Source of the DNA: Pseudomonas aeruginosa
GTDB taxonomy: Bacteria > Pseudomonadota > Gammaproteobacteria > Pseudomonadales > Pseudomonadaceae
DNA length: 32,000 bases
NCBI RefSeq assembly: GCF_001457615.1
Contig: NZ_LN831024.1
Coordinates: 180,001-212,000, forward strand
Direction: 5' to 3'
Positions 14,611 through 24,448 of the stretch are shown here, in pieces; positions within the stretch are counted from its first letter, which is position 1; each line of letters opens with the position of its first letter. Below the pieces are notes generated by a model. That model searched no databases. It saw only the letters and a list, made by a program, of their open reading frames with translations, and was not told the origin of the DNA. The position numbers and the translations under genes are program-made.

Positions 14611-16602
14611 CTAGTCGAATCGGAAGGACAGGATGGTGATGTCGTCGCGTTGCGGGTGCTCGCCCTGGTACTCGGCGAGCGTCGCCACGAAGGCCTCGGC
14701 CTGCTCGGGGAGCGGCTGCCGCGCGTGGTCGCGGAGCATGTCGGCGAAGCGCCGGCTGCCGAAGCCGAAGCCGTGTTCGCCGCCGGCCTGGTCGAGGAAA
14801 CCGTCGGTGCTCAGGTAGAAGGTCCAGCCCGGCGCCAGCGGTACCTCGATGTTGCGGTAGTCGCCACGGCGCTTGTCGCCGATCGCCCGGCGCGCGCCCT
14901 TGAGTTCCTGGACCTCCTCGCCGTCGCTGGCGTACAGCGAGATCTTCGCCCCGGCGAAGGCCAGCTGGCGGCGCCGGCGGTCGACCCAGACCAGCCCGGC
15001 ATCCATGTTGGTGGCCAGCGCCTGGGGGATCTGCTCCTGGCTGAGCATGCTGCGCATCGCCTGGTCGGTCTCGCCGAGGATCGCCGCCGGGTCGCGGCTG
15101 CCCACCGCCTCGATGGCGTGGTCGATGGCGGCGCGGGCGAGCATGGTCATCAGCGCGCCGGGCACGCCGTGACCGGCGCAGTCGACCACGCCGATCAGGT
15201 AGCCGTCGGTCTGCTCGCGGTACACGTAGAAGTCGCCGCCGACCACGTCGCGCGGTTTCCACAGGATGAAGTGATGCTCGCCGAGGGTGGCGCTGAGCTG
15301 GCGGTCGGGGAGGATCGCGCGCTGGATCAGGCTGGCATAGTCGAGGCTGTCGCCGATCTTCTTCTGCGCGGCGGCCATCTCGCGGTTGGCTTCCTCCAGC
15401 GCCTGGGTGCGCTCCTGGACCTTGTCTTCCAGCTCGGCGGTGTGCCGGCGGACCTGGTCGGCCATGCTGGCGAAGGCCTTCGACAGCGAGCCGATCTCGT
15501 CCTGGCGCGCCAGCGGCAGCGGCGTGTCGTAGCGCCCGGCGGCGATCGCCTTGGCCGAGCGCTTGAGGCTGCGCAGGGGGCGCAACAGCAGGCGCTCGAC
15601 GGCATAGGCGAAGCCCAGCAGCAGGGCCACCAGCAACAGCAGGAACGTGCCCGCCAGCGGCCAAAGCCAGCGGTTGTCGAGGACCTGGGCGGCGTGCAGG
15701 TCGACGGCGGTGAGCACGTACCAGCGCAGTTGGGGAATGTAGGCCACGGCGAAGAGTTGCTGGCGGCCGTCGAGGCCGGCCCACAGGCAGTGCACCGAGC
15801 CGGCCTTGGCGCGGGCCAGGCGCATGGCCTCGCGCAGGGCGTCGCGCTGTTCCGGCTGGTCGAGCAGGTCGAACACCCGGTGGCGTTCGCTGGCGCCGCC
15901 GGCGGCGGAGCTGTAGGCGATCAGGCGGCGGTCCGGGTGGGCCTGGATGGCGCCGTCGTCGCCGACGATCATCGGCGTCACGCCCGGCTCGCGGGCGATG
16001 ATGAAGTCGTCGAGGAAGCCGCTCAGGTCCAGGCCGCTGCCGGCCAGGCCGATGGGCCGGCCCTGGTCGCGGATCACCAGGTTGAACCAGACCTTGGTCA
16101 GGTTCAGCTTGCTGTCGACATTGACGTTGATGTTGTAGGCGGCGCTGTTGCGCAGGGTATTGAAGTACCAGGCGTCTTCCGGGTCGCCGGCCTCCAGGGT
16201 GTAGCGCGGCCGTTCGCTGTAGGGTTGGCGGCCGTCGTTGAAGTAGTAGTGCTGGGAGCCGCTGGCGATGATGAAGTAGGCGTGGTCGCGGAAGTCGCCG
16301 CGGTAGCCCTCGGCCTCGCGGAAGAACAGCGCGCGGCGCGCCGGGTCGTCTTCCTTCAGCAGCCAGTCGCGGGTCACCACCGATTCGGCGAAACGGCGCG
16401 ACAACGCCAGTTCGCGGGAGACCGGGGCGAGGATCTTCTGCCGGTGCAGCAGGGTGAAGTTCTTCGCGTAGGCCAGGCCGAAGTGCGTACGGATGTCGTC
16501 CATCGCGCGCCAGCCCAGCAGCACCGCCGGGACCAGTGCCAGGGCACAGGCCAGCAACAGCGCCACCACCGATTTGCCGCGCAACCCCCAGTTCGCCGCC
16601 AT
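14611..16602 (-). CDS. siaA: SiaA, membrane sensor with HAMP and PP2C-type (SpoIIE) Ser/Thr phosphatase domain
   Basis: It has an N-terminal TM helix, a periplasmic region, a second TM helix and a HAMP domain ('LRPLRSLKRSAKAIAAGRYDTPLP...EIGSLSKAFASMADQV'). The PP2C motifs are 'VVGGDFY...DCAGHGVPGALM...STDGFLDQ...DDITILSFRF'. I chose the ATG at 16602 (MAANWGLRGK...); the track start is at 16686. Confidence 0.9.
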   Translation of the reverse strand: MAANWGLRGKSVVALLLACALALVPAVLLGWRAMDDIRTHFGLAYAKNFTLLHRQKILAPVSRELALSRRFAESVVTRDWLLKEDDPARRALFFREAEGYRGDFRDHAYFIIASGSQHYYFNDGRQPYSERPRYTLEAGDPEDAWYFNTLRNSAAYNINVNVDSKLNLTKVWFNLVIRDQGRPIGLAGSGLDLSGFLDDFIIAREPGVTPMIVGDDGAIQAHPDRRLIAYSSAAGGASERHRVFDLLDQPEQRDALREAMRLARAKAGSVHCLWAGLDGRQQLFAVAYIPQLRWYVLTAVDLHAAQVLDNRWLWPLAGTFLLLLVALLLGFAYAVERLLLRPLRSLKRSAKAIAAGRYDTPLPLARQDEIGSLSKAFASMADQVRRHTAELEDKVQERTQALEEANREMAAAQKKIGDSLDYASLIQRAILPDRQLSATLGEHHFILWKPRDVVGGDFYVYREQTDGYLIGVVDCAGHGVPGALMTMLARAAIDHAIEAVGSRDPAAILGETDQAMRSMLSQEQIPQALATNMDAGLVWVDRRRRQLAFAGAKISLYASDGEEVQELKGARRAIGDKRRGDYRNIEVPLAPGWTFYLSTDGFLDQAGGEHGFGFGSRRFADMLRDHARQPLPEQAEAFVATLAEYQGEHPQRDDITILSFRFD

Positions 16603-16833
16603 GGCTATCCCTATCAGTTTCTCGCCCGGCCCGCGGCCGAAATCATGGATCGAAAGCGTGTGTCGAACTTTTGGCGAAAGGGCCAATTGTGCAGATGTGC
16701 ATTATTTCAGGCAACGTAATTTGGTTTTATTTCGCCATTAATTTGACGTCACAATGATGGCGAGCAGGCAAGGGCCCGTGGTTCGGGCCTGTCGTCGGCG
16801 GGGTCTCGGCGGGGGAGGTTGCGGGGGGCGGCG

Positions 16834-16865
16834 AAAAAGCGCAGCGGGCCGGCCAGAATCCCGCT
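16834..16865 (-). terminator. Candidate terminator at the end of the Che2 operon
   Basis: On the minus strand, AGCGGG...CCCGCT forms a 6-bp stem (plus-strand 16843-16848 / 16860-16865) with an 11-nt loop. GCGC and then T5 follow (plus-strand A5 at 16834-16838). The stem overlaps the cheB2 stop codon. Confidence 0.35.
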
Positions 16866-17914
16866 CAGAGGCGGTTGCCGCTGCCGCGCCGGGCGGCTTG
16901 CTGGAGCAGCGCGGCGGCGATCCGTTCGAGCGGCAGCACGTCTTCCGCGGCGCCCAGTTCCACCGCTTCGCGGGGCATGCCGTAGACCACGCAGGTAGCC
17001 TCGTCCTGGGCCAGGGTGTAGCCGCCGGCCTGGCGGATCGCCAGGAGCCCGCGCGCGCCGTCCTTGCCCATGCCGGTGAGCAGGCCGGCGAGCAGGTTGC
17101 GCCCGGCGCAGCGAGCCAGCGACTCGAACATCACGTCCACTGCCGGGCGGTGGCCGTTGACCTGCGCCTGGCGGTTCAAACGCACCACGTAGTTGGCGCC
17201 GAAGCGCTGCACCTCCATGTGGTGGTCGCCCGGCGCGACCAGGGCGTGGCCGGGCAGTATGCGGTCGCCGTCGCGCGCTTCGCTGACGCTGAGCCGGGTC
17301 AGGCGATCCAGGCGCTCGGCGAAGCTGCGGGTGAAGCCGGGAGGCATGTGCTGGGTGATGACCACCCCGGGACTGTGCGCCGGCAGGCCGAGCAGCACTT
17401 CCTTGAGCGCCTCGGTGCCGCCGGTGGAGGCGCCGAGGGCGATGATCTTCTCGGTGCTGAGCAGCGGCGCCGCGCTTTCCGGCGGCGCCGGCGCGTCCGC
17501 CGCACGGCGGCGCAGGCGGGCGCGGGCGACGGTCTTGAGCTTGGTGCGGATTTCCTCGGCATAGGCCTGCATGCCTTCGGCGATGCCCAGCCGGGGCTTG
17601 GCGATGAAGTCCACCGCGCCCAGTTCCAGCGCGCGCAGGGTGGCTTCGGAACCGCGCTCGGTGAGCGAGGAGATCATCAGCACCGGGGTCGGCCGCGCCT
17701 TCATCAGCTTGTCGAGGAAGGTCAGGCCGTCCATTCGCGGCATTTCCACGTCGAGGCTGATCACGTCCGGCGCGTGCTGCTTGATCAGGTCGCGGGCGAC
17801 GAAGGCGTCCGGCGCGCAGCCGACCAGGCGCAGCTCCGGGTCGGCCTGGATGATCTCCTTGAGCAGGCTGCGGATCAGGGCGGAATCGTCGACGACCAGG
17901 ACACTGATGGGCAT
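16865..17914 (-). CDS. cheB2: Chemotaxis response regulator / protein-glutamate methylesterase CheB2
   Basis: The receiver domain reads '[20 protein letters not shown]...[13 protein letters not shown]' and the CheB catalytic domain reads '[14 protein letters not shown]...[11 protein letters not shown]...GMGKDGA'. I chose the ATG at 17914, preceded by GGGAGAG; the track start is at 17998. Confidence 0.9.
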   Translation of the reverse strand: MPISVLVVDDSALIRSLLKEIIQADPELRLVGCAPDAFVARDLIKQHAPDVISLDVEMPRMDGLTFLDKLMKARPTPVLMISSLTERGSEATLRALELGAVDFIAKPRLGIAEGMQAYAEEIRTKLKTVARARLRRRAADAPAPPESAAPLLSTEKIIALGASTGGTEALKEVLLGLPAHSPGVVITQHMPPGFTRSFAERLDRLTRLSVSEARDGDRILPGHALVAPGDHHMEVQRFGANYVVRLNRQAQVNGHRPAVDVMFESLARCAGRNLLAGLLTGMGKDGARGLLAIRQAGGYTLAQDEATCVVYGMPREAVELGAAEDVLPLERIAAALLQQAARRGSGNRL

Positions 17915-17933
17915 GGCGGGCTCTCCCGGAGAG

Positions 17934-18536
17934 TCAGAACAGGTCGATGGGGCCGCCGTCCGCGTTGCGGTCGATACGGCGGCGGTAGTCGCGTTCACGC
18001 TGCAGCACGGTGTCGTTCTTCAGCTCCACCAGGGACTTCACCAGGACCCGGCCATTGCGCGGGAAGAAGTAGATCTTGCGCGGGAAGGCCTCCAGCACGT
18101 CGCTGGCGAGCAGCGGGATACGCTCGGTGGCCAGGTAGTCGAGGGTGAACTCGACGTTGCGCTGGCCGATGGCGGCGCTGATCTGGCGCAGTACCGAGCC
18201 GCCGCCGAAGACCTTGGCCTGCAGGCGCTCGCGGCTGGCGCCGAGGGCCAGCATGCGGTTGATCAGCAGTTCCATGGCGTGGCTGCCGTAGCGCGCCGAC
18301 GGCGAGGCCGGGTCGCCGCCGAGGCCGCGCTCGGGGAGCATGAAGTGGTTCATCCCGGCGATGCCGTTGAGCGGGTCGCGCAGGCACACCGAGACGCAGG
18401 AGCCGAGCACGGTGACGATCACCAGGTCTTCGCCGCTGGCGAAGTATTCGCCGGGCAAAAGCTTCACCGCATCGCAGGCGAAGTACGGATCGTAGTAGCG
18501 GTTCAGCGGCGCGCCTTCCCGGGCCTGGAGATTCAT
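17934..18536 (-). CDS. cheD: Chemoreceptor glutamine deamidase CheD
   Basis: CheD-family sequence is present: '[30 protein letters not shown]'. It lies between cheR2 and cheB2. Confidence 0.9.
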   Translation of the reverse strand: MNLQAREGAPLNRYYDPYFACDAVKLLPGEYFASGEDLVIVTVLGSCVSVCLRDPLNGIAGMNHFMLPERGLGGDPASPSARYGSHAMELLINRMLALGASRERLQAKVFGGGSVLRQISAAIGQRNVEFTLDYLATERIPLLASDVLEAFPRKIYFFPRNGRVLVKSLVELKNDTVLQRERDYRRRIDRNADGGPIDLF

Positions 18537-18541
18537 CGCGA

Positions 18542-19384
18542 TCAGGCCGGGCTGTAGACGGTCTGGCCGACGGAGCGCACCAGGTGGCTGGCGTGGACGA
18601 AGTTCTCCGAATGCCCGGCGAAGAACAGGCCCTCCGGCCGCAGCAGGGCCACCATGCGTTCCAGCAGGCGGGTCTGGGTCGGCTTGTCGAAGTAGATCAT
18701 CACGTTGCGGCAGAAGATCGCGTCGAGTTCCCCGGCGATCGACCAGTCTGCCTCCAGCAGGTTGATCTGGCGGAACTCCACCAGTTGCCGCAGTTCCTCC
18801 ACCACCCGCGCCTTGCCGGCGTTGGGCCCAGTGCCGCGGAGGAAGAAGCGTTTCTTCAGCGGCGCCGGCATCTGCTCCAGGCGCTCCAGCGGATAGACGC
18901 CCTGGCGGGCGCAGTCGAGCACCCCGGTATCGATGTCCGAGGCGACGATCTTCACCGGCGGATCGAAGCTGCCCAGCGCCTCCACCAGGGTGATGGCGAT
19001 CGAATAGGGTTCCTCGCCGGTACTCGCCGCCGCCGACCAGATGCGCAGCGGGCGATGCCGCTGCAACTGGCGGCGGGCGAGGTCGGCGAGCAGGGGGAAG
19101 TGGTGGCGTTCGCGGAAGAATGCGGTGAGGTTGGTGGTCAGCGCGTTGACGAACAACTGCTGCTCGCCCGGCTCGCGGTCGAGGTGGGTGAAATATTCGG
19201 CGAAGCTGCCGAGCCGCAGCAGGCGCAGGCGCCGCGAGAGGCGGCTATAGACCAGTTGCGCCTTGCTCTCGGCCAGGCTGATGCCGGTCAGCCGGTAGAG
19301 CCGCTCGCGTACTTGCTGGAAGTCCTCGCGGGTGTAGTGGAACTCCTGGTTGCCGAACACCGGCGAAGGCGTGGAGGTGGGCAT
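18542..19384 (-). CDS. cheR2: Chemotaxis protein methyltransferase CheR2
   Basis: The CheR SAM-binding motifs 'LRIWSAASTGEEPYSIAI' and 'FCRNVMIYFD' are present. Confidence 0.92.
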   Translation of the reverse strand: MPTSTPSPVFGNQEFHYTREDFQQVRERLYRLTGISLAESKAQLVYSRLSRRLRLLRLGSFAEYFTHLDREPGEQQLFVNALTTNLTAFFRERHHFPLLADLARRQLQRHRPLRIWSAAASTGEEPYSIAITLVEALGSFDPPVKIVASDIDTGVLDCARQGVYPLERLEQMPAPLKKRFFLRGTGPNAGKARVVEELRQLVEFRQINLLEADWSIAGELDAIFCRNVMIYFDKPTQTRLLERMVALLRPEGLFFAGHSENFVHASHLVRSVGQTVYSPA

Positions 19385-19453
19385 TGGCGTCGGGTTTCCC
19401 TGGTCGACCCTAAGGGCTTGCCGCCCTCCGCCTGGCGGAGGCGCGGCGTGGTC

Positions 19454-21493
19454 TCAGAACTCTTCCCAGCCGTCTTCCTTGCGCGCCTTGCTGGCCCGCG
19501 CCATGCCGCTGCGGGCCAGCGGCGCCGGCGCGCTGGGGCGTGGCGCGGACGGCCGCGCGCTGGCGAGCTGGACCACGCTCGGCGGAGTGTCCAGCCTGAA
19601 CACCGCCACCGACTGGTTGAGCAGGCCCGCCTGCTCCTGCATGGCCTCGGCCGCGGCCGCGGCTTCCTCCACCAGCGCGGCGTTCTGCTGGGTCATGTCG
19701 TCCATCTGCGAGACCGCGCTGTTCACCTCTTCGATGCCGGTGCTCTGCTCGGCGGAGGCGGCGGCGATCTCCGACATGATGTCGGTGACCCGGCGGATCG
19801 CCACCACGATGTCGCTCATGGTCTGTCCGGCCTGGGCCACCAGGGTGTTGCCGTTCTCCACCTTGTCCACCGAGTCGGAGATCAGCGTCTTGATCTCCTT
19901 GGCCGCGGCGGCGGAACGCTGGGCGAGGGTGCGCACTTCCCCGGCGACCACCGCGAAGCCGCGGCCCTGCTCGCCGGCGCGGGCTGCCTCGACCGCGGCG
20001 TTGAGGGCGAGGATGTTGGTCTGGAAGGCGATGCCGTCGATCACCCCGATGATGTCGGCGATCTTGCGCGCCGACTCGTTGATCGAGGACATGGTGCTGA
20101 CCACCTTCTGCACCACGGTGCCGCCCTGGGTCGCCACTTCCGAGGCATTGGCCGCCAGCGAGTTGGCCTGGCGGGCATTCTCGGCGTTGAGCTTCACCGT
20201 GCTGGTCAGTTCTTCCATGCTCGAGGCGGTTTCCTCCAGGCTCGACGCCTGCTGCTCGGTGCGCGCCGACAGTTCGGCGTTGCCGCTGGCGATCTCGCTG
20301 GCGGCGGTGTTGATGGTGTCGGCGGCCTCGCGAATCTGCCCGAGCATCCGCGACAGGCTTTGTGCGGTGTCGTTGGAGAAATCCTTGAGCTGGCCGAAGG
20401 TGCCCTGGTAGTCGGCCTCGATGCGCTGGGTGAGGTCGCCCTGGGCCAGCGCCCCGAGCATCCGCGAGACGTCGCGCAAGCCGCGGTCGGCGGTATCCAC
20501 CAGGCTGTTCAGGTCCTTCGCCAGCCTGAGGAAGAAGCCTTCCTTGCCGGCCTCCTCGACGCGCTTGCTGAAGTCGCCGGCGGCCGCCGCCTGCACCAGT
20601 TGCGAGACTTCCTGCTCGGCGCGGTGTTCCTCGGTGCGGTCGGTCCATTGCACGGCGGAGCCGAGGCGTTCGTTGGCGTCGTTGAACACTGGCACCACGT
20701 CGAGGGAGAAGCGCCGGCCGCCGAGGTTGAGCTCGGCCTTGTGCACGCCGGTGAGGTTGGCCAGCAGGTGCCGCTGGTGCGCCGGATTCTTGTGGAACAC
20801 GTCGATGTTGGCGCCCATCAGGCGGCCGGCGTCGAAGTTCGGCAGTTGCTTGCGGATATCCGCTTCGGCGCGACCGAGCATCTCGCTGACGGTGCGGTTC
20901 ATGTAGATGATGTTGAGGTCGTTGTCGGCGATCATCACGTTGGCCGAGACGTTGTCCAGCGCGCTCTTGATCCGCGCGTTGTAGGCCGCCGTGGCCAGTT
21001 GCGCCGAGGTCGCCTCGGCGGCCCCGCGCAGGCGTTCGCGAACGCCGTCGATGGCTTCGGTGATCTGCGCCTTCTTGCCCGGCAGGCGGTCCATCAGCGG
21101 CTCGAAGTTGCCCTGGCCGTAGGCGGTGACCACGCTGACCACCTTCATCTTCACCGCGATGTGCGCGGCCACCAGTTCGTTGACGCCCTTGGCGATGCGC
21201 GCCGCGCGACCTTCCAGGCGTTCGGCGGGAATCGTCTGGTCGATCCAGCCGGCTTCGTGCTGGCGGCTCATCTCCGCCAGCCCCGCCTCCAGGCTTTCCA
21301 CCTGCTGGAGTTCGGCGCGTTGTTCGCGCAGTTGCCGCTGCAGCGCCCGCAGGCTGTCGTAGAGACGCTCGTAGCCGGGCGCCGGGGCCTCGCCGACGGC
21401 GGTGTCGAGCTGGCCGTCGGCGAACGACTGGAGGAGCGTGGCGATCCGGTCGGCGCGTTGCTGCGCCACCGCATGTGCATTGAACAGACCCAT
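19454..21493 (-). CDS. aer2: Soluble HAMP-PAS(heme)-HAMP chemoreceptor Aer2 (McpB/TlpG) with C-terminal GWEEF pentapeptide
   Basis: There are no TM helices. The MCP signalling hairpin reads '[41 protein letters not shown]'. A PAS segment lies mid-protein. The protein ends ...KEDGWEEF. Confidence 0.92.
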
Positions 21494-21528
21494 TTCGATA
21501 TCCCCTGCCTATCCCTCGTTGGCGCCGC

Positions 21529-22014
21529 TCAGGCCGCGGCTTCGTCGACCAGCGCCATTTCGCGGCTGGTCATCAGTCTCTCGATGTCCACCAGGATCAA
21601 CATGCGCTCGCCCGCGGTGGCCAGGCCGAGCAGGTATTCGGTGTCGAAGCTGGCGCCGAACTCCGGCGGCGGCCTGATCGCGTCGCCGCCCAGTGCGATC
21701 ACGTCGGATACCGAGTCCACCACCACGCCGACGATGCGCCGGCCGATGTTGAGGATGATCACCACGGTGAACGGGTCGTAGGTGACCTCGGCGAGGTGGA
21801 ACTTGATGCGCAGGTCGACGATCGGCACGATCGCCCCGCGCAGGTTGATCACGCCCTTGATGAAGGGCGGCGCGTTGGCGATCGCGGTGACCTGGTCGTA
21901 GCCGCGGATCTCCTGCACGCGGAGGATGTCGATGGCGTACTCCTCGCGGCCCAGGGTGAAGGTCAGGTATTCCTGCGCCGGGCCGTTCGCCTGGCTTGCC
22001 TCAGTGCCGTTCAT
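21529..22014 (-). CDS. cheW2: Chemotaxis coupling protein CheW2
   Basis: The CheW domain reads '[25 protein letters not shown]...[20 protein letters not shown]'. I chose the ATG at 22014, preceded by GGGAGGA. It overlaps the cheA2 stop by 14 nt. The track start is at 22053. Confidence 0.88.
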   Translation of the reverse strand: MNGTEASQANGPAQEYLTFTLGREEYAIDILRVQEIRGYDQVTAIANAPPFIKGVINLRGAIVPIVDLRIKFHLAEVTYDPFTVVIILNIGRRIVGVVVDSVSDVIALGGDAIRPPPEFGASFDTEYLLGLATAGERMLILVDIERLMTSREMALVDEAAA

Positions 22015-23920
22015 CGGCGGTGTCCTCCCGCGCCGCCAGGCGTGGCAGCGCATCGACGTCGAGAATCAGGGCGACGCTGCCGTCGCCCATGATGGTGGCG
22101 CCGGCGATACCCTCCACACGGCGGAAATTCTGTTCCAGGCTCTTGATCACCACCTGCTGCTGGCCGACCAGTTCGTCCACCTGCAGGGCGAAGCTGCGCC
22201 CCTCGGACTCGAGGATCACCACGATGCCCTGCTCCGGCGCCGGCGCTTCGCCGCCGATGCGCAACAGCTCGTGCAGGCTGAACAGCGGCAGGTACTCGCC
22301 GCGTACGCGGATCATCGCGTTGTCTTCGCCGCCGAGACCGCGCACGTCGTCGCTGCGCGCCTGCAGCGACTCGACGATGTAGGTCAGCGGAATCACGTAG
22401 TTGACCGCTTCGACGGCGACGATCAGGCCGTCGAGGATCGCCAGGGTCAGCGGCAGGCGGATGCCGATGCGAGTGCCCATGCCGGGCGCCGAGTCGATGT
22501 CGATGCGCCCGCCCATGGCACCGATGTTGCGCTTCACCACGTCCATGCCGACGCCGCGTCCGGACAGCTCGGTGACCGTATCGGCGGTGGAGAAGCCGGG
22601 CATGAACACCAGTTGCCAGACCTCGGCGTCGCTCATCCCGTCATGCACCGGCAGGTTGCGCTCGCGGGCCTTGGCGAGGATGCGTGGACGCGACAGGCCG
22701 CGACCGTCGTCGGAAACCTCCACCACCACGCTGCCGCCCTGGTGGCTGGCGGCGAGCTTCACCGTGCCGCTCGCCGGCTTGCCGGCGGCGAGGCGTTCGG
22801 CGGGCGTTTCGATGCCGTGGTCGATGCTGTTGCGGACGATGTGGGTGAGCGGATCGCTGAGTTTCTCGATCACGCTCTTGTCCAGTTCGGTGTGCTCGCC
22901 GTACAGGTGCAGCTCGACCTGCTTGCCCAGGCGCGTGGCGGTGTCGCGCACCAGCCTGGGGAAGCGGCTGAAGATGAAGTTGATCGGCAGCATGCGGATC
23001 GACATCACCGACTCCTGCAGGTCGCGGGTGTTGTGTTCGAGCTGGGCCAGGGCGTGCTGCAGGCGCTCGTGGCGGCTCGGGTCGAGCTGCTCGCCGAGCT
23101 GGCCGAGCATGGCCTGGGTGATCACCAGTTCGCCGACCAGGTTGATCAGGCTGTCGATCTTTTCCACGCTGACCCGGATCGAGCCGGACTCGCCGTCGCC
23201 ACGCACGGGCGCGACTGCGCCCCTGGCCGGCGCGGCGACGGCTTGCGCGGGCGCACTGGGCGCGGCGGGGCTGCCGGGGGCGCCGTCGAACAGGCCGAAG
23301 GCGCGTTCCTCCGCCGGTGGGGAACCCGGTGCCTCATCGAAGAGGCCGAACGCTTCGCTCGCGGCCGGTGCGCCGGGCGCCTCGTCGAAGAGCCCGAACG
23401 CTTCCGGCGCGGCCGCTCGTTCCGGAGCGCCCGGGCCTTCGTCGAAGAAGCCGAAGGCATCGTCGTCCGCGGTTTCCCTGGCGGGCGCGTCGTCGAACAG
23501 GCCGAAGCCTTCCTCCGCCGCTTCCTGCTCCGGCACCCGCAGCCAGCCGCGCAGCCGCTCGACCGTCTCCAGTAACGGCACCCCGGGGTCGGGACTGCCG
23601 CTGCGATGGGCGTCGAGCAGGCGCTGCAACACGTCGCGGGCTTCGAGGAAGGAACTGATCATGTCCGGCCGCAGGTGCATCTGGCCACAGCGGATGCGGT
23701 CGAGCAGGGTCTCCAGTTCGTGGGTGACGGCGGTGATGTCGTCGAAACCGAACATTCCGCTGGAACCCTTGATCGAATGCGCGGCGCGGAAGATGCCGTG
23801 CAGCGTCTCGCTGTCCGGCCGGTCCAGGTCGAGACCGATCAGGAGGAGTTCGAGGGTGGCCAGGTGTTCCTCGGTTTCCTCGAAGAACACCTGGAGAAAC
23901 TGGCTCATATCCTGGGGCAT
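22001..23920 (-). CDS. cheA2: Chemotaxis histidine kinase CheA2 (Hpt, repeat-rich linker, dimerisation, HATPase, CheW-like domains)
   Basis: The Hpt motif is '[15 protein letters not shown]'. The kinase core has '[12 protein letters not shown]', 'DDGRG' and '[10 protein letters not shown]'. The C-terminal CheW-like domain is present. Confidence 0.92.
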   Translation of the reverse strand: MPQDMSQFLQVFFEETEEHLATLELLLIGLDLDRPDSETLHGIFRAAHSIKGSSGMFGFDDITAVTHELETLLDRIRCGQMHLRPDMISSFLEARDVLQRLLDAHRSGSPDPGVPLLETVERLRGWLRVPEQEAAEEGFGLFDDAPARETADDDAFGFFDEGPGAPERAAAPEAFGLFDEAPGAPAASEAFGLFDEAPGSPPAEERAFGLFDGAPGSPAAPSAPAQAVAAPARGAVAPVRGDGESGSIRVSVEKIDSLINLVGELVITQAMLGQLGEQLDPSRHERLQHALAQLEHNTRDLQESVMSIRMLPINFIFSRFPRLVRDTATRLGKQVELHLYGEHTELDKSVIEKLSDPLTHIVRNSIDHGIETPAERLAAGKPASGTVKLAASHQGGSVVVEVSDDGRGLSRPRILAKARERNLPVHDGMSDAEVWQLVFMPGFSTADTVTELSGRGVGMDVVKRNIGAMGGRIDIDSAPGMGTRIGIRLPLTLAILDGLIVAVEAVNYVIPLTYIVESLQARSDDVRGLGGEDNAMIRVRGEYLPLFSLHELLRIGGEAPAPEQGIVVILESEGRSFALQVDELVGQQQVVIKSLEQNFRRVEGIAGATIMGDGSVALILDVDALPRLAAREDTADERH

Positions 23921-23947
23921 GGGACCTCCCCCGCGGGGGAACGGGAA

Positions 23948-24313
23948 TCAGGGCAGGACCTTGCGCGTCACTTCGAGCAGTTTCGGCGGGTCGAACGGCT
24001 TCACCAGCCAGCCGGTGGCGCCGGCGCTGCGTCCCTGCTGCTTCATCGCGTCGCTCGATTCGGTGGTCAGCATGAGGATCGGCACGCTGCGGTAGCCGGC
24101 CAGGTTACGCAGGCTGCGGATCAGCGACAGGCCGTCCATGTTCGGCATGTTCTGGTCGGTGAACACCAGGCTGTAGCTCTTGCTCTGGGCCTTGCCGAGG
24201 CCTTCCTTGCCGTCCGCGGCCTCGTCCACCTCGTAGCCGGCGGACTTCAGGGTGAAGCTCAGCATCTGGCGGATAGACGCCGAGTCGTCGACGATCAGAA
24301 TCGGTTTGCCCAT
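23948..24313 (-). CDS. cheY2: Single-domain response regulator CheY2
   Basis: The 121-aa receiver domain reads 'ILIVDDSASIRQM...LVFTDQNMPNMDG...ATGWLVKPF'. Confidence 0.92.
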   Translation of the reverse strand: MGKPILIVDDSASIRQMLSFTLKSAGYEVDEAADGKEGLGKAQSKSYSLVFTDQNMPNMDGLSLIRSLRNLAGYRSVPILMLTTESSDAMKQQGRSAGATGWLVKPFDPPKLLEVTRKVLP

Positions 24314-24420
24314 GGTCTTGCGTCCTCACGGTGTCCCTACCGCAGCGCCAAGCTCGGCGGCGAAGGTGGTGTGTGCCAGGTGGCTGTGACGGAGGGCTCT
24401 GATGGCCCTTTGCTAGCTCC

Positions 24421-24448
24421 AGTAAAGACAATGTCCGGTGGATTTCAA
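24421..24448 (-). promoter_or_regulatory. Candidate sigma70/sigmaS-type promoter of the Che2 operon
   Basis: On the minus strand, TTGAAA (plus-strand 24443-24448), a 16-nt spacer, then TTTACT (plus-strand 24421-24426), about 110 nt upstream of the cheY2 ATG. This rests on a sequence match only. Confidence 0.25.

Noticed and set aside
14060-15784. Track ORFs that fuse a real gene to a long upstream extension: 14060..15784(-) for siaB, 29475..31787(-) for atsC, and 10420..12216(+) and 11388..12812(+) for the TetR and YigZ genes.
   Set aside because: The extensions run through neighbouring genes in another frame and have junk-like composition. I trimmed each to the first start codon consistent with the family N-terminus and with operon spacing.
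18584-21781. A very long (1065 aa) plus-strand ORF, and similar long antisense ORFs at 81..2501(-), 4112..5467(-), 7448..8905(-), 14605..16719(+), 16754..18148(+), 21926..23575(+), 22401..24095(+), 23606..25282(+) and 28362..30512(+).
   Set aside because: These are shadow ORFs typical of ~65%-GC DNA. Their translations are low-complexity and rich in Arg, Ala, Gly, Pro, His and Gln, with no recognisable domains. Each lies opposite a gene with unmistakable family motifs.
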